Of a stretch of 64,000 bases of DNA, positions 51,935 through 63,464 are shown piece by piece. The notes beneath the pieces were generated by a model. That model had not been told where the DNA came from and did no database searches. It worked only from the letters and a program-made list of their open reading frames with translations. Within the stretch, counting starts at the first letter, position 1; every line of letters begins with the position of its first letter. A program made the translations under genes and the position numbers. Source of the DNA: Mobula hypostoma (taxonomy: Eukaryota); contig NC_086097.1 in the NCBI RefSeq assembly GCF_963921235.1, positions 41,294,001-41,358,000 on the forward strand, written 5' to 3'.

Positions 51935-53526
51935 AAAAGTGTTTCAACTGTTTTTTTCAGGGGCATTACGCTAAACAAATACTGTATGTGTACCCTTAAT
52001 ATACAAACGTCCACCAACCATTTAATTAGTAACTTAATAATATGAAATTATAACAAAGTAATGTAATAATAATTATTATAATAATTATAACTGAAGTCTC
52101 TGGGGGCAGGGCTTCGCTGCCTCTCTGGGTAACGTCTGCCCTGCAACCTTTGATTTGGGGAATGAGTCTCCACAGGTACATCAGGTGGGTCCTCAGCACT
52201 GATGACAGGCTTATCTGTGGACGACGCTGATGTGGTCACACCAGGAGTGTTTGCTTCTATGTCCGGGGAGTCAGGGCAAGATGTTGTTGTGTTTTCCACC
52301 TGAGCATTCAGGATTTGAGCCACATAATGTGCCTCTATGTCATGAGAGTCTGGGCAAGGTGTTGCTGAGTTTTTCACCTGAAAATCCAGGATTTGATCCA
52401 CATGACGTCTCCATACATTCTCTCCCACCTGTACTCTATACATCAGTGGCCCGCCTATGGCCGAAATTATACCCGGCTGCCACTTTTCAGTCTGGTAATC
52501 CTGTGCAACAACTGACTGTTCCACATTGAAGCTCCATGTTGACTTAGCATTCAAGTGTTTGAACTGTCCTCTACAACACGCCATACATTTGGTTTGAGAA
52601 GATCCATCCGGGACCTCAGGTTCCTGTTCAGAAACATCATCGCTGGAGTCTGGTTAGTGGTTACATGTACTGCATTATGATAGGCAAGGAGGAAGCTGTC
52701 TATCTTGTGCTGTAGTGGTTGATTTTCGCTGTCCCTTGTCTTGAGGTCTTTCTCGAATGTCTGCACAAATCTTTCTGCCAAGCCATTTGTGGATGGATGG
52801 TAAGGAGCCAATATAGAGTGCTTGATTCCATTGTTCTTCACAAAACTTTGGAATTCTTCAGAGATAAATTGCCGTCCATTGTCTGTGCAGATTTGTTCTG
52901 ATATGCCATTCCTGGCGAACAGGGCCCTCAGAACTGTGATGGTCTTTTCCGATGTGGTTGTCTTCATTTTGATGACCTCTGGCCATTTGGAATGTGCATT
53001 GACAGGGATTAAAAAGATAGAGTCCAAGAATGGTCCAGCAAAGTCGATGTGCATTCGCTGCCATGGTGATGAGGGCCACTCCCATGGATGGAGAGGGGCT
53101 TGTGGCATGTTCTGGATCTGTTGATATCCAGTGCAGTTCTTGACCATGTCCTCAATTTGTTTATCGATTCCTGGCCACCACACATAGGCACAGGCAAGAC
53201 CTTTCATCTTCACGATACCCAGGTGCCCTCGTGCAGTTCTTCCAGCACTCTGGTGCGTAGCTTGGGAGGAATCACAACTCGTGAGCCACACATTAGTGTT
53301 CCCTGATACACTGACAACTGATCCTTCCTCGCTGAGAAGGCTGGAAACAGTGTGTTACCCCGCACTGGCCATCCCTTTACCATGATGTCATACACTTTTG
53401 ACAACGTAGAGTCATAGCTTGTTTCCCTTTCAATGAGGCTTTTTGTTACTGGTAATTGTTCAACTATTGTGTGAAACATCTCTGCTGAATCCATTTGCGT
53501 AGTTACCTCGGAAGTAGGCACAGTGG

Positions 53527-54438
53527 CCACCTTCAACAGGACCACACCACTAAGCACATCTTTCCTTCTCCACCCCTCTCCACTTTCTGCAGGAATTGGT
53601 CCCTCCGCGACTCCCTGGTCCACACGTCCCTCCCCACAGATCTCTCACCTGGCACTTATCCCTGTAAGCGCCTGTCCCTACACCTCCTCCCTTGCCACCA
53701 TTCAGGGCCCCAAACAGTCCTTCCAAGTGAGGCAACACTTCACTTGTGAGTCTGTTAGGGTCATCTATTGCATCCGGTGCTCCCAGTGCGGCCTCCTCTA
53801 CATCGGTGAAACACAATGCAGATTGGGGGATCGCTTCGTCGAGCACCTTCACTCCGTCCGCCAAAGCAGACAGGATCTCCCAGTAGCCACCCACTTCAAC
53901 TCTGCTTCCCACTCCCATTCAGGTATGTCCATACATGGCCTCCTCTACTGCCATGAGGCTAAACTCAGGTTGGAGGAGCAACAGCTCATATACCATCTAG
54001 GTAGTCCTCAGCCCCTTGGTATGAACATAGAATTCTCCAACTTCCGGTAATTCCCTCCCCCTCCTTTCCTCTATCCCTATTTCACTCTGTCCCCTCCCCC
54101 AGCTGCCTGAACCCTTCATGGTTCCGTCTCCTTCTACTACCCATTGTGCTTTCCCCTATTCTTTCTTCACCTTTCCTGCCTATCACCTCCCTGCCTCCCC
54201 TCCCCCACCGCTTTATCTTTCCCCTTTCTGGTTTTTTACCCGGAGCTTACCAGCCTTCTCCTTCCTACCCTCCCCCCACCTTCTTTATAGGGCCTCTGCC
54301 CCTTCCCTCTTCAGTCCTGACGAAGGGTTCCGGCCCGAAACGTTGACTGATCGTTTCCACGGATGCTGCCCGACCTGCTAAGTTCCTCCAGCATGTTGTG
54401 AGTGTTGCCTTGACCCCAGCATCTGCAGATTATTTTGT
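53527..54438 (+). mobile_element. Penelope-like element 3' part (GIY-YIG endonuclease plus terminal repeat) nested in Gypsy pol
   Basis: ORF 53523..54050 VIYCIRCSQCGLLYIGET...RFVEH...HFNS...GMN; TSD gt(a/g)ggcacagtgg at 53514-53526 and 54439-54451. Confidence 0.92.
54311..54350 (+). ncRNA. Minimal type I hammerhead ribozyme motif, core intact
   Basis: UCAGUC CUGACGA A GGGUUCCGGCCC GAAAC GUU GACUGA; stem I UCAGUC/GACUGA is perfect. Confidence 0.72.
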
Positions 54439-56083
54439 GTGGGCACAGTGGTAAACGCGACAAACCATCTGTATTGCCATTTTGCTTGGTCCCCTTGTGT
54501 TCAATGTCGTACCCATGATCTCCTAAGAAAAGGGACCATCGCTGTAGTCTTTGTGCTGTCATCACTGGATCGCCTTTTCTTGGATTGAGATTGACACGAG
54601 CGGCTGATGGTCAGTCAACAGAGTGAACTTTTGGCCATGCAGGTAGTGACTAGATTTCTTGACCCCCAACATGATGCTTAGGGCCTCTCTGTCAGTCTGT
54701 GCATAGTTGCGTTCAGCTGAAGTTAGCGTTCTTGAGGCAAAGGCTATTGGTCTTTCGGAGCCATCTGGAAACTTGTGCCATAACACAGCTCCTATCCCAT
54801 GGAGCGAGGCATCACAAGCTAGTCGGATAGGTAAGGAGGGGTCAAAGTGCGTGAGCACCCCATCTGAAGTTATGAGTCTTTTAGTTTCTTGAAACGCTTT
54901 CTCACAGCTTTCAGTCCACTTCCATTGTGTCCATGTCTGTGATAGTGCATTTAGTGGGTGTAGGACTGTGGATAGGTTAGGCAAGAACTTGTGGTAGTAG
55001 TTCACTGGGCAAAGATATGCTCTCAGCTGAGACACTTTTTCAGGTGGTGGTGCCTTAAGCACTGCTTCTATCTTGTCTTGAGAAAAGATGGCTTGTGTAA
55101 GCCATCCTTGTTGATCACATACCCACAGTATGAAATTTCCTTTTTGAAAAACTCACATTTCTGCCAATTAGCTCAGAGCCCATATTCTCGTAACCTGGTG
55201 AGCACTTGTTTTAGGTTAGAAAGATGTTCGTCATCATCTTTGCCGGTGAATAATGTCATCCAGATAACACTGAGTCCCTGGAATCCCCTGCAGGACCTGG
55301 TCCATTGCCCTTTGCTAGATTGCAGGAGCTGATGCTATCCCAAACACCAACCTGTTGTACTGGTAAAGTCCTTTGTGTGTATTTATTGACAGGTATTTCT
55401 TGGATGCTTCCTCGATTTCCATTTGAAGGTAAGCCTATGTCAAATCAATTTTTGTGAAATGTTCTCCTCCTGACAGGGAAGCAAAAATGTCCTCAATACG
55501 AGGGAGACGATACTGTACTGTGCGGAGAACTGGATTAATAGTCACTTTAAAGTCTCCACATATGTGCATCTTGCTTAGTTTTCCTGGTTTTGTGCTGGAG
55601 GTTTTCTTCATCACTGTAACAATTGGCATGGCCCATTCACTCCAATCCACCTTTGACAGGACCCCAGTCTGCTCCAGATTTTTCAGCTCTGCCTCTACTG
55701 TAGGACGGATTGCATATGGCACTGACCTGGCTTTGTGAAATTTTGGACATGCATTTTCCTCAATCTCAATCTTTGCTTTCATGCTCCGAAATGTTCCTGT
55801 TCCTTTCATGAACACTTCCTGAGAGTCAGCAAGTATTTGTGACGGACTATTAGATAGAGGGCCTTGCTGCCCTCCTTTGCTGACACAACTAGTGCCTTGA
55901 TGGTGTGTCAATCCAACTGGATTTTCCTGAGCCATTCACGTCCCAGCAACGGTGGTTTTCCATTTTTCAGTACATTGAGGTTCAGTTGCTGTATTTTACC
56001 TCTGTGGGTCACTGTCACTTTAATTTTGCCTTCGGGACGCACTTTCTATCCTGTGTAAGTCTTTAGCAGTAGTTTGGTTCATT

Positions 56084-57053
56084 TCAGAGGTATGTGAGAA
56101 AACGGTCATTTGTAACAGAGATCACTGTTAAGGCTGAGCCTGTATCCAACTCCATTTTCAGTCTCACGCCTGCCACTTGTGGAGTGATCCATATTACTCC
56201 TCGATCATCTATCTCTTCCACGCCGTGAAGTGGCAGACAAGACAATTCACTTTTGTCTGAGTCATTTTCATCAGAATTGCTTTCTTTCATTTTGTGCACA
56301 TTGTTGTATTTTCCTTTCTGGGGTTTCTTGTTTCTCTGCATTTTGCCCTTTTCCTGCTGTTTACTAGCTTTGCGTACTCTGCCAGTGTGGCCCTGTTTGC
56401 CACAGTTTTGGCATTCTTTATCTTTAAACCAGCAACCATCAGGATCATGTGACCTGTTCCCACAAAGGTAACATTTCTTTCCTTCATTTCTGTACAGTGA
56501 CATTTTATTCGTTGCGTATTCCAGAGATTTTTGTTGTATCTCTGAAGCACCTCGTGCAGCTGTTTCTAATGATATTGAGATGCTTAGCACTTTCTCGAAT
56601 ATAAGGTCTTTTTCACACAGGAGCTTGTTCTGTGTAGTTTCACAGTACATGCCACACACTAACCTATCCCTCAATGCGTCCAATAGACCAGCTCCAAATT
56701 GACAATGTTCTGATAATTTGCGCAATTCAGCACAATATTCAGAAATGCTTTCATTTTTGCTCTGATTCCGTTTATGGAATTTAAATCTTCCAGCAATGAC
56801 CAGCGGTTTGGGGTTTAAATGCTGTTGGAGAGTGTCTACCATTTGCTTGAAAGTTTTGTCAGCTGGCTTTTCAGGGGTTAACAAACTCTGTAGTAGTCCG
56901 TTATGTTTTCACGCCCATTACACTAAGTAAGATGCTGGCTTTCTTTTCTGCATTAACATCGTTAGCATCACAATATAACTCTATTCTTTCAATATAAGTT
57001 GCCCAGTCTTCAATGCCACTATCAAATGCTATAATGGTTCCAATTAACACCAT
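56084..57053 (-). pseudogene. gag: Gypsy gag plus aspartic protease
   Basis: ATG at 57053 (MVLIGTIIAFDSGIEDWATYIERIELYC); CCHC knuckle CYLCGNRSHDPDGC; protease LKMELDTGSALTVI. Confidence 0.9.
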
Positions 57054-57262
57054 CCTTGTTGTGTTAATTTAGCCCCGGTCCCTTGTTTTCTTTTTTTTCT
57101 GACTCACGTGACCTTTCTTTTGCGAGCGGCGTGGGCATACTCTGAGTAGATGTGTGTGTCGCTGCTTCTGAGACAGGCAGACCCTCAGCCCTGGGCTTCA
57201 GCGCCAGCTCTGCTCTTGTCCAGACGCGCTGCGGCGCCCGGCGTTCCGATACGATGCAGTTT

Positions 57263-57281
57263 CATTAACCTCTTCACCAAT
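57263..57281 (-). other. Primer binding site-like sequence
   Basis: Minus strand (A)TTGGTGAAGAGG just inside the 5' LTR; same type as GTGGTGATGAG at 3229-3239. Confidence 0.65.
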
Positions 57282-57282
57282 T

Positions 57283-57492
57283 TGTTGTGTATGTGGCCGT
57301 TTACAAAACAATATCATTAATAGAAACGCTAGAGACTGGAGCTAAGTTAACAGGGACTTTTACTTACGGAACCGGAACTGAACATATATATATATATATA
57401 TACAAATCGATACGCGCCTAATAGCGCATGCTCAATAACGTGTTACCACAACATAAAATAGCCCCATATTATACAGTAGGCTATATGGTACA
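57283..57492 (-). repeat. 5' LTR (210 bp, expanded TA run)
   Basis: Direct repeat of 51725-51916 with TG...CA ends. Confidence 0.92.
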
Positions 57493-58667
57493 GGCACTTA
57501 CTCTGGTCTAAATGATAGTTAGTACCTGACTGCTCAAAACCAGGACCATAGCACAGAAGTTATTCTATCTGCACTTTGCAAATATTCCAAATTTGGTACT
57601 GTTATGAAAAGAGATGGTTTATGAAGTCTGATTTTGAAAATCCCCTCTGAAGCATGTCAAGGATTAGTAAGTCAGTGAACTTTAGTTTTGTGGCATTAAA
57701 GCAGCAGCTCAATTTTTGCCCAGGATAATAAATATTGTGGATCTTTATTGCAGTCCTGATCAAACACAAATTATTCCTTGCTTACTATAATAATGATGAT
57801 GATGCATCTCTTTCAAATAATCTGAAACAAAATCCTATGGAGGCAATCATAACTGTTTATACTCACTGTGCAGTGTACCTCTGAATTATTTTGCATGTAT
57901 TTCAAGAAAAGCTAATCCATGTAGAAAATGAATATATGCTCTTAGTGGACAACACAGCAAGTGATTCTAGTGACAATAACTGTTTGTGAAATTTTCATTA
58001 CTTTGTCCTTTTCCAGCTTTAGAGTAAGCCATTGCAAAAGACTGGAGATATGATTGAACAAATCAAATATCTGCCTGCTTCATTTATCCAGTGCTTCTCA
58101 GTGCTTCTGCTTTCAGAGCAAGAGAATGAATGACAACATGGCAGATTGCTTCCATTCATATTGTTCCTGACATACATATTCTTGGTATAAGTGAGAAATT
58201 CCTGTCTAGTGAGACTAATTACATCAAGATTCAAGACCAAGGTCCATCCAGTTTTCCTTTCACAACCCTAATAGACGCATGATGCAATGCTCCCGGTGGC
58301 ATTGACTAACCACAGTAATCTATTTCCATTTGCCAGTTCATTACAAACTTCAATGTGACTTGGGGGGGGGCATACTTATTCCCCACCTTGTCCCACTCAA
58401 CATATGCCTCAATACTTTTAATTCCCATGAAGCCCTGCGGTGAGGAAACCCACCTCACCTGCTTTGGACTGAACCAGCTAGCGCTGTATGGGTTGCCACG
58501 GCTAACTGAAACAACATTTCTAGATCTGTTGAGGTCAGAACAAGCTGACAATGGAGCAGTCTGCAGGCCAACAGGTGTGAATTCTGAGAAGCCTGTTGAC
58601 ACATGTTGGTTGACCTTCATCTATCTACCTCAGAGCTCTGTTGCTTCCCCCACCCAATCGTATGTCC

Positions 58668-59140
58668 AAGGTTCAAAGTAAATGTATTATCAAAGTACAT
58701 ATATGTCACCAAATACAACCCTGAGATTAATTTTCTTGCAGGCATTCACAGTAGAACAAAGAAATGCAATAGAATCAATGAAAAACTACATACAACGTCT
58801 AACAAGTAACCAATGTGCAAAAGAATTAAAACTGTGCAAATAAAAAAATAATAAAATTGATTAAGTATGTAAATAATACTGAGAACATTATTTGTAGAGT
58901 CCTTGAAAGTGAGTCTATAGGTTGTGTTCAGTGATCCACATTGATTCAGGAGCCTGGTGGTTGAAGGGTAATAACCGTTCCTGAACCTGGTGGTATTGGA
59001 TCTAAGGCTTCTGTGCCTCCTTCCCAATGGTAACAGTGAAAAGAGATCATGGCCTAGATGGTGGGTGCCCTTGATGATGGATGCTGCTTTCTTGTGGTGG
59101 CACTCTTCATAGATGTTCTCATTGCTAGGGAGTGCTTTTC
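58668..59140 (-). mobile_element. Older Rex1 3' end plus UTR
   Basis: ORF 58746..59027 GRRHRSLRSNTTRFRNGYYPSTTRLLN. Confidence 0.75.
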
Positions 59141-59935
59141 ATAGTCATAGTCATAGCCATAGTCATAGTCATACTTTATTGATCCCAGGGGAAATTGGTT
59201 TTCATTACAGTTGCACCACAAATAATTAAATAGTAATAAAACCATAAATAATTAAATAGTAATATGTAAATTATGCCAGGAAATAAGTCCAGGACCAGCC
59301 TATTGGCTCGGGGCATCTGACCCTCCAAGGGAGGAGTTGTAAAGTTTGATGGCCACAGGCAGGAATGACTAACTATGACGCTCTGTGTTGCATCTCAGTG
59401 GAATGAGTCTCTGGCTGAATGTACTCCTGTGCCCACCCAGTACATTATGTAGTGGATGGGAGACATTGTCCAAGATAGCATGCAACTTGGACAGCATCCT
59501 CTTTTCAGACACCACCATCAGAGAGTCCAGTTCCATCCCCACAACATCAATGGCCTTACGAATGAGTTTGTTGATTCTGTTGGTGTCTGCTACCCTCAGC
59601 CTGCTGCCCCAGCACACAACAGCAAACATGATAGTACTGGCCACCACAGACTCGTAGAACATCCTCAGCATCGTCCGGCAGATGTTAAAGGACCTCAGTC
59701 TCCTCAGGAAATAGAGATGGCTCTAACCCTTCTTGTAGACAGCCTCAGTGTTCTTTGACCAGTCCAGTTTATTGTCAATTCGTATCTCCAGGTATTTGTA
59801 ATCCTCCACCATGTCCACACTGATGAGGGCCAGCTCCCTGGATGGGGGTTACCTTAGCTCTCCTCAGGTCTACCACCAGCTCCTTAGTCTTTTTCACATT
59901 AAGCTGCAGATTTACATTTTCACATTTTCCTGTGA
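59140..59935 (-). mobile_element. Younger Rex1/Babar 3' fragment with (catagt)n tail
   Basis: ORF 59369..59671 MLRMFYESVVASTIMFAVVCWG; same family as 1-570. Confidence 0.88.
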
Positions 59936-59958
59936 TGAACTGGTTCCTACTCCAATTA

Positions 59959-60110
59959 GCTGTCCCGCTCCCCACAGTTATCACTCTCCGCTGTCCCGCT
60001 CCCCACAGTTATCACTCTCCGCTGTCCCGCTCCCCACAGTTATCACTCTCTGCTGTTCCGCTCCCCACAGTTGTCACTCTCCGCTGTCCTGCTACCCACA
60101 GTTCTCTCTC
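59959..60110. repeat. 31-bp minisatellite, about 4.7 copies
   Basis: Unit gctgtcccgctccccacagttatcactctcc; period 31 (59961, 59992, 60023). Confidence 0.92.
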
Positions 60111-60809
60111 CCCTACCTTATGAGTTTGTATGTCTCTTCTGAGATCCTGTATCTATTCTGATCAAGCAATCAACTTTATTTCTTGTCATAGTTATACATA
60201 CGTGGGGTATAAATGTCAGGAAAATCAGCTCTTTGCAGCAGCAGCACAATACATTACAAGTCAAAGGCAAACATGAATTAGCATAAACAAATTAGCAGCT
60301 ATAAATTATACATCTTAAAGATGGCTAAAAAAAAAGTACAGCCTCTGCTAAATTTCAGTGCCTCAGGGTCTTAGCTGGGGATGTGATTTGTCAAATCAAG
60401 TACCTGTCCATTGAATTTAATTAATGTTTCTCGTTCCAGTAACAAATGTCTCTAAAAAGGGAGAGAATGGAATAGTGCTTCGGCTCAAGCTAATTTAACT
60501 GCAATAGAGGAGTATAATTTTGTGTTAGCCATCACTGCTGATATCTTCCGTTCACCAATAGATTGGGTCAACTGCTGGGTTAAAACTATGAGGCAGAAGT
60601 TCTCCTGGGAACACAGTCCACTGGAAACACAGGAAGAAGGCAAAACTGAGTACCAAATATTAAAGCCTCTGCATCCCCACAAAATAATTTTTCCACAGAG
60701 TAGTTTAATTCAAACAAAGACTATCAAGCTGTTCTGCAATTAGAATTGCCAAGGGACTGTTCCTGTTTTAGAACATGAAAATTAGGAGCAGGCTTAACTC
60801 ATGGAATAC

Positions 60810-61155
60810 TGGAAGGCCAAATAGAAAAGACATTGAGAGGATGTTTTCAGTATTATGGGAGTCTAGGAACTGAGGACACAGCCTCAGAATAAAAGGACAT
60901 CTGCTTAAAACTGAGATGAGGTGGAATTTCGTCAGCTAGAAGGGGTGAATCTGTGGAATTAGTTGCCATGGAGGCCAAATCATTGGGTATATTTAAGCCA
61001 GAGATTGATAGATTCTTGATTGGTAATGGGGGTTAAGAGATATTGGGAGAAAACAGGAGAATGGGCTTTAAAAATATCAGCAATGATTGAATGGCGGAAA
61101 CAACTCAAAGGGCTGAATGGCCTAATTTTACCCCCTATATGATATGGTCTTACCT
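60810..61155 (+). mobile_element. CR1 3' end
   Basis: ggacacagcctcagaataaaaggac...gtgaatctgtggaatt...gggctgaatggcctaatt...tatggtctt. Confidence 0.75.
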
Positions 61156-61816
61156 TTTCTTTTTGATTCTGCTCTGCCATTCTGAATATTGTAAATGAGC
61201 ATTCCTACACTTTGTGAGTCTCCTATACCCTTTTTTTTTGATATCAGAAATCTATTATTTTGAATGAACTCAATGAGCCTTCATAATGGTTCTGAGCTAG
61301 GGATTTACAAAGATTTTCCACCCTCTGTGTAAGGAAATCTCTTTTTATTTCAGTGGCAAATGGCCTTCCTCTTACTCTGAGACTGTTGACCCATTGTTCC
61401 CGATTCCTCTCAGTCCAGGGAAGCATCATCCGTCCTGCTTGGGCCTTCCATTGGGAAGTTCCTCTTTCACAAACTAGGTTCAACTGCAGGTGAATGCCCA
61501 TATAATGTCTTATAATAGAAATACTCAGTTTACATAATTTACTTAGACATGAAGACTCAATTAATTCCATCCAAAGTTCTTTTTAATGAAATTTAGTACC
61601 TTGTTTTGGAACAGTTCTTAATTACTGTTTTAGTTCTCTCATGTGAAATGCCTTGTCTGCGATTTCAGTAGCATCTCACTTGGGATCACTTTACCATATA
61701 AAAGGATTTGCTTTGGTTTGGAGTGACACCTCGCACCAGCAGTAAAAGTATAGCATCAGTCTAGACACTAGATCAATGCCTTTCCATTATTACTGGGGCA
61801 CTTTAGACCCAGTAAC

Positions 61817-62305
61817 CTCTGGTCAGGTCACTCGTCTGAGTGCTACTGGTACCATGTAACCCAGTACTACCTGTCGCATGGTCGGGTGGTCGGCGACTAA
61901 ACCGGCTGCCCCATCAGGCTTGCCTGGTGAGGAGGGTGGCTAGATACCCTGCAGGACGAAAAACAAGACTTGTCAAAGGGCGGATGAACCCTCTCATAGG
62001 GTCAACGGCCATCTAGCAAACACGTGCCGTGAAGCGCAGAAAGGGCATCCCTTGCATTGAAGCCTGGTCTGGCCATTCACTGCAATAGAACATCCCCCAG
62101 GCGTCTTGGACCCCACCATGCCGCTGGATCTGGGAAGGGATGTCGAGAGGATGGGTCTGGACCTGTGCAACCCCCTACTCACCTAAAATCCACTCACGCA
62201 CACGCTGTTCCTTTCTGTGGAGTGGGGTACCACCCCACTAACTGACTGAAAGGAACCATCATCATCCTATGGGATGGATAGCCAGAGAGAGGGAGAGACA
62301 GAGAG
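61817..62305 (+). mobile_element. Unclassified GC-rich retroposed element with (GA)n tail and 12-bp TSD
   Basis: TSD agacccagtaac at 61805-61816 and 62306-62317; GA-rich tail at 62284-62305. Confidence 0.7.
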
Positions 62306-63464
62306 AGACCCAGTAACAATAGGAAGGTATTAGTTTAGTCGGGTGTCTTTCCCAGTATTAACAGAAAGGCTAAGGAATAGAATGCCACATCATCATATTA
62401 TCAGACTATCATTAGCCTAGAATGACTCATTATTAAATCAATCCTTCTTATTCTGTGCAAATATTTGAACAGCACCTTGCCTCATTGTTAAAGTGGTGAC
62501 ATTGGTCTGGAGTTCCAGCTTGTCCCGTTATTAATGTTGTGTCATTATTCTCGAATGGCACTTTATCCCTGTATTAAAGTTGTGCATTGGTCGAAAGTTG
62601 CACCTTGTGCAGAATAAGAAGGAAGGCACTGATCAGCGATGGCAGTTTTTAAGGATATGTTATGGGTATGGATTGGTATAATGTTCCTGATTTAAAGGAG
62701 AAGTGCTTCCAGCTTTAAAATGATAAGACTGCCTTACAATCAGATTCTCCAGCAGCATTTAAGGCACATTGGGATTTATTTCTGATTTTTCACCCAGACA
62801 GAGCTGTGCTAATTTTGTAGTAGTCCTGATTCTGTTTGGCTAATAAAGCACATTCCAGGGCCCAGACACATTCTCTAACTTAAAGAAGGAGCCAGAAATT
62901 CAGTTTAATTGGATACTGAAATGGTTTAATGAGCCAGCGCCTGTATCCTATCTTACAAATCAGGGATATCTTTCCCTAAAGCATACCAAGTGTTGGAAAA
63001 TTCAGCAACTCCATTACAATGCCGTAAACTCCAGGTATCTCACCTTACTCTGAAAGTTGTAATGAATTCCTGTTTTCTACCTGCAACCTAAGTAATATCA
63101 GGATCATGTATATCTACAAATCTGCTCCTCCATCATAACTGCGCAGCAGGAGGATTTACAATTCACCTATGGATTTAGAGCCTGACCTTACTGGCGTTCC
63201 ATGGGATCAGGGAGTTTAAATTAATCTGGTAAGCTTTTATCTTGCTGTTCAGATAAATCTGATAAACACACAACTTAATCATAAGGTGGTACTGCACTCA
63301 GATGTCAGCAAGTCATGGTGGGTAATTTAGATTATGCTTCAATCAAATGCTTTTATGTCTAGGCTCTGGTGCTTTCAATGGAATACTTCATGAAACACTG
63401 TAGTTGAAGTCCACTCGGAGCCTGTTGAATGCATGCATGCTCCTCCATTACTAAATATCCAAAC

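Larger units (their letters stand above)
52551..55935 (-). pseudogene. pol: Gypsy pol (RT, RNase H, integrase), fragmented
   Basis: ICGDFKVTIN, LPRIEDIF, YLDD (~55255), LACDASLHGIGAVL, ERNYAQTDRE, GHLGIVKMK, HIDFAGP, TDNG, PYHPSTNGLAERFVQT. Confidence 0.9.
51725..57492 (-). mobile_element. Full-length decayed Ty3/Gypsy LTR retrotransposon
   Basis: Paired LTRs, PBS, PPT and domain order gag-PR-RT-RH-IN. Confidence 0.95.

Noticed and set aside
52048..52584. Extra ORF (env-like) at the 3' end of the Gypsy
   Set aside because: KWQPGII...MYRVQVG..VWRRHVDQI and RRYPERQR are the usual integrase C-terminal tail, separated by a frameshift; there is no signal peptide or transmembrane pattern
59959..60110. 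31-bp repeats as a CRISPR array
   Set aside because: Units are head-to-tail with no unique spacers, there are no cas genes and the context is eukaryotic
60460..60743. Open frame of about 90 codons in unique sequence
   Set aside because: No recognisable homology or clear splice signals; this length is within chance expectation
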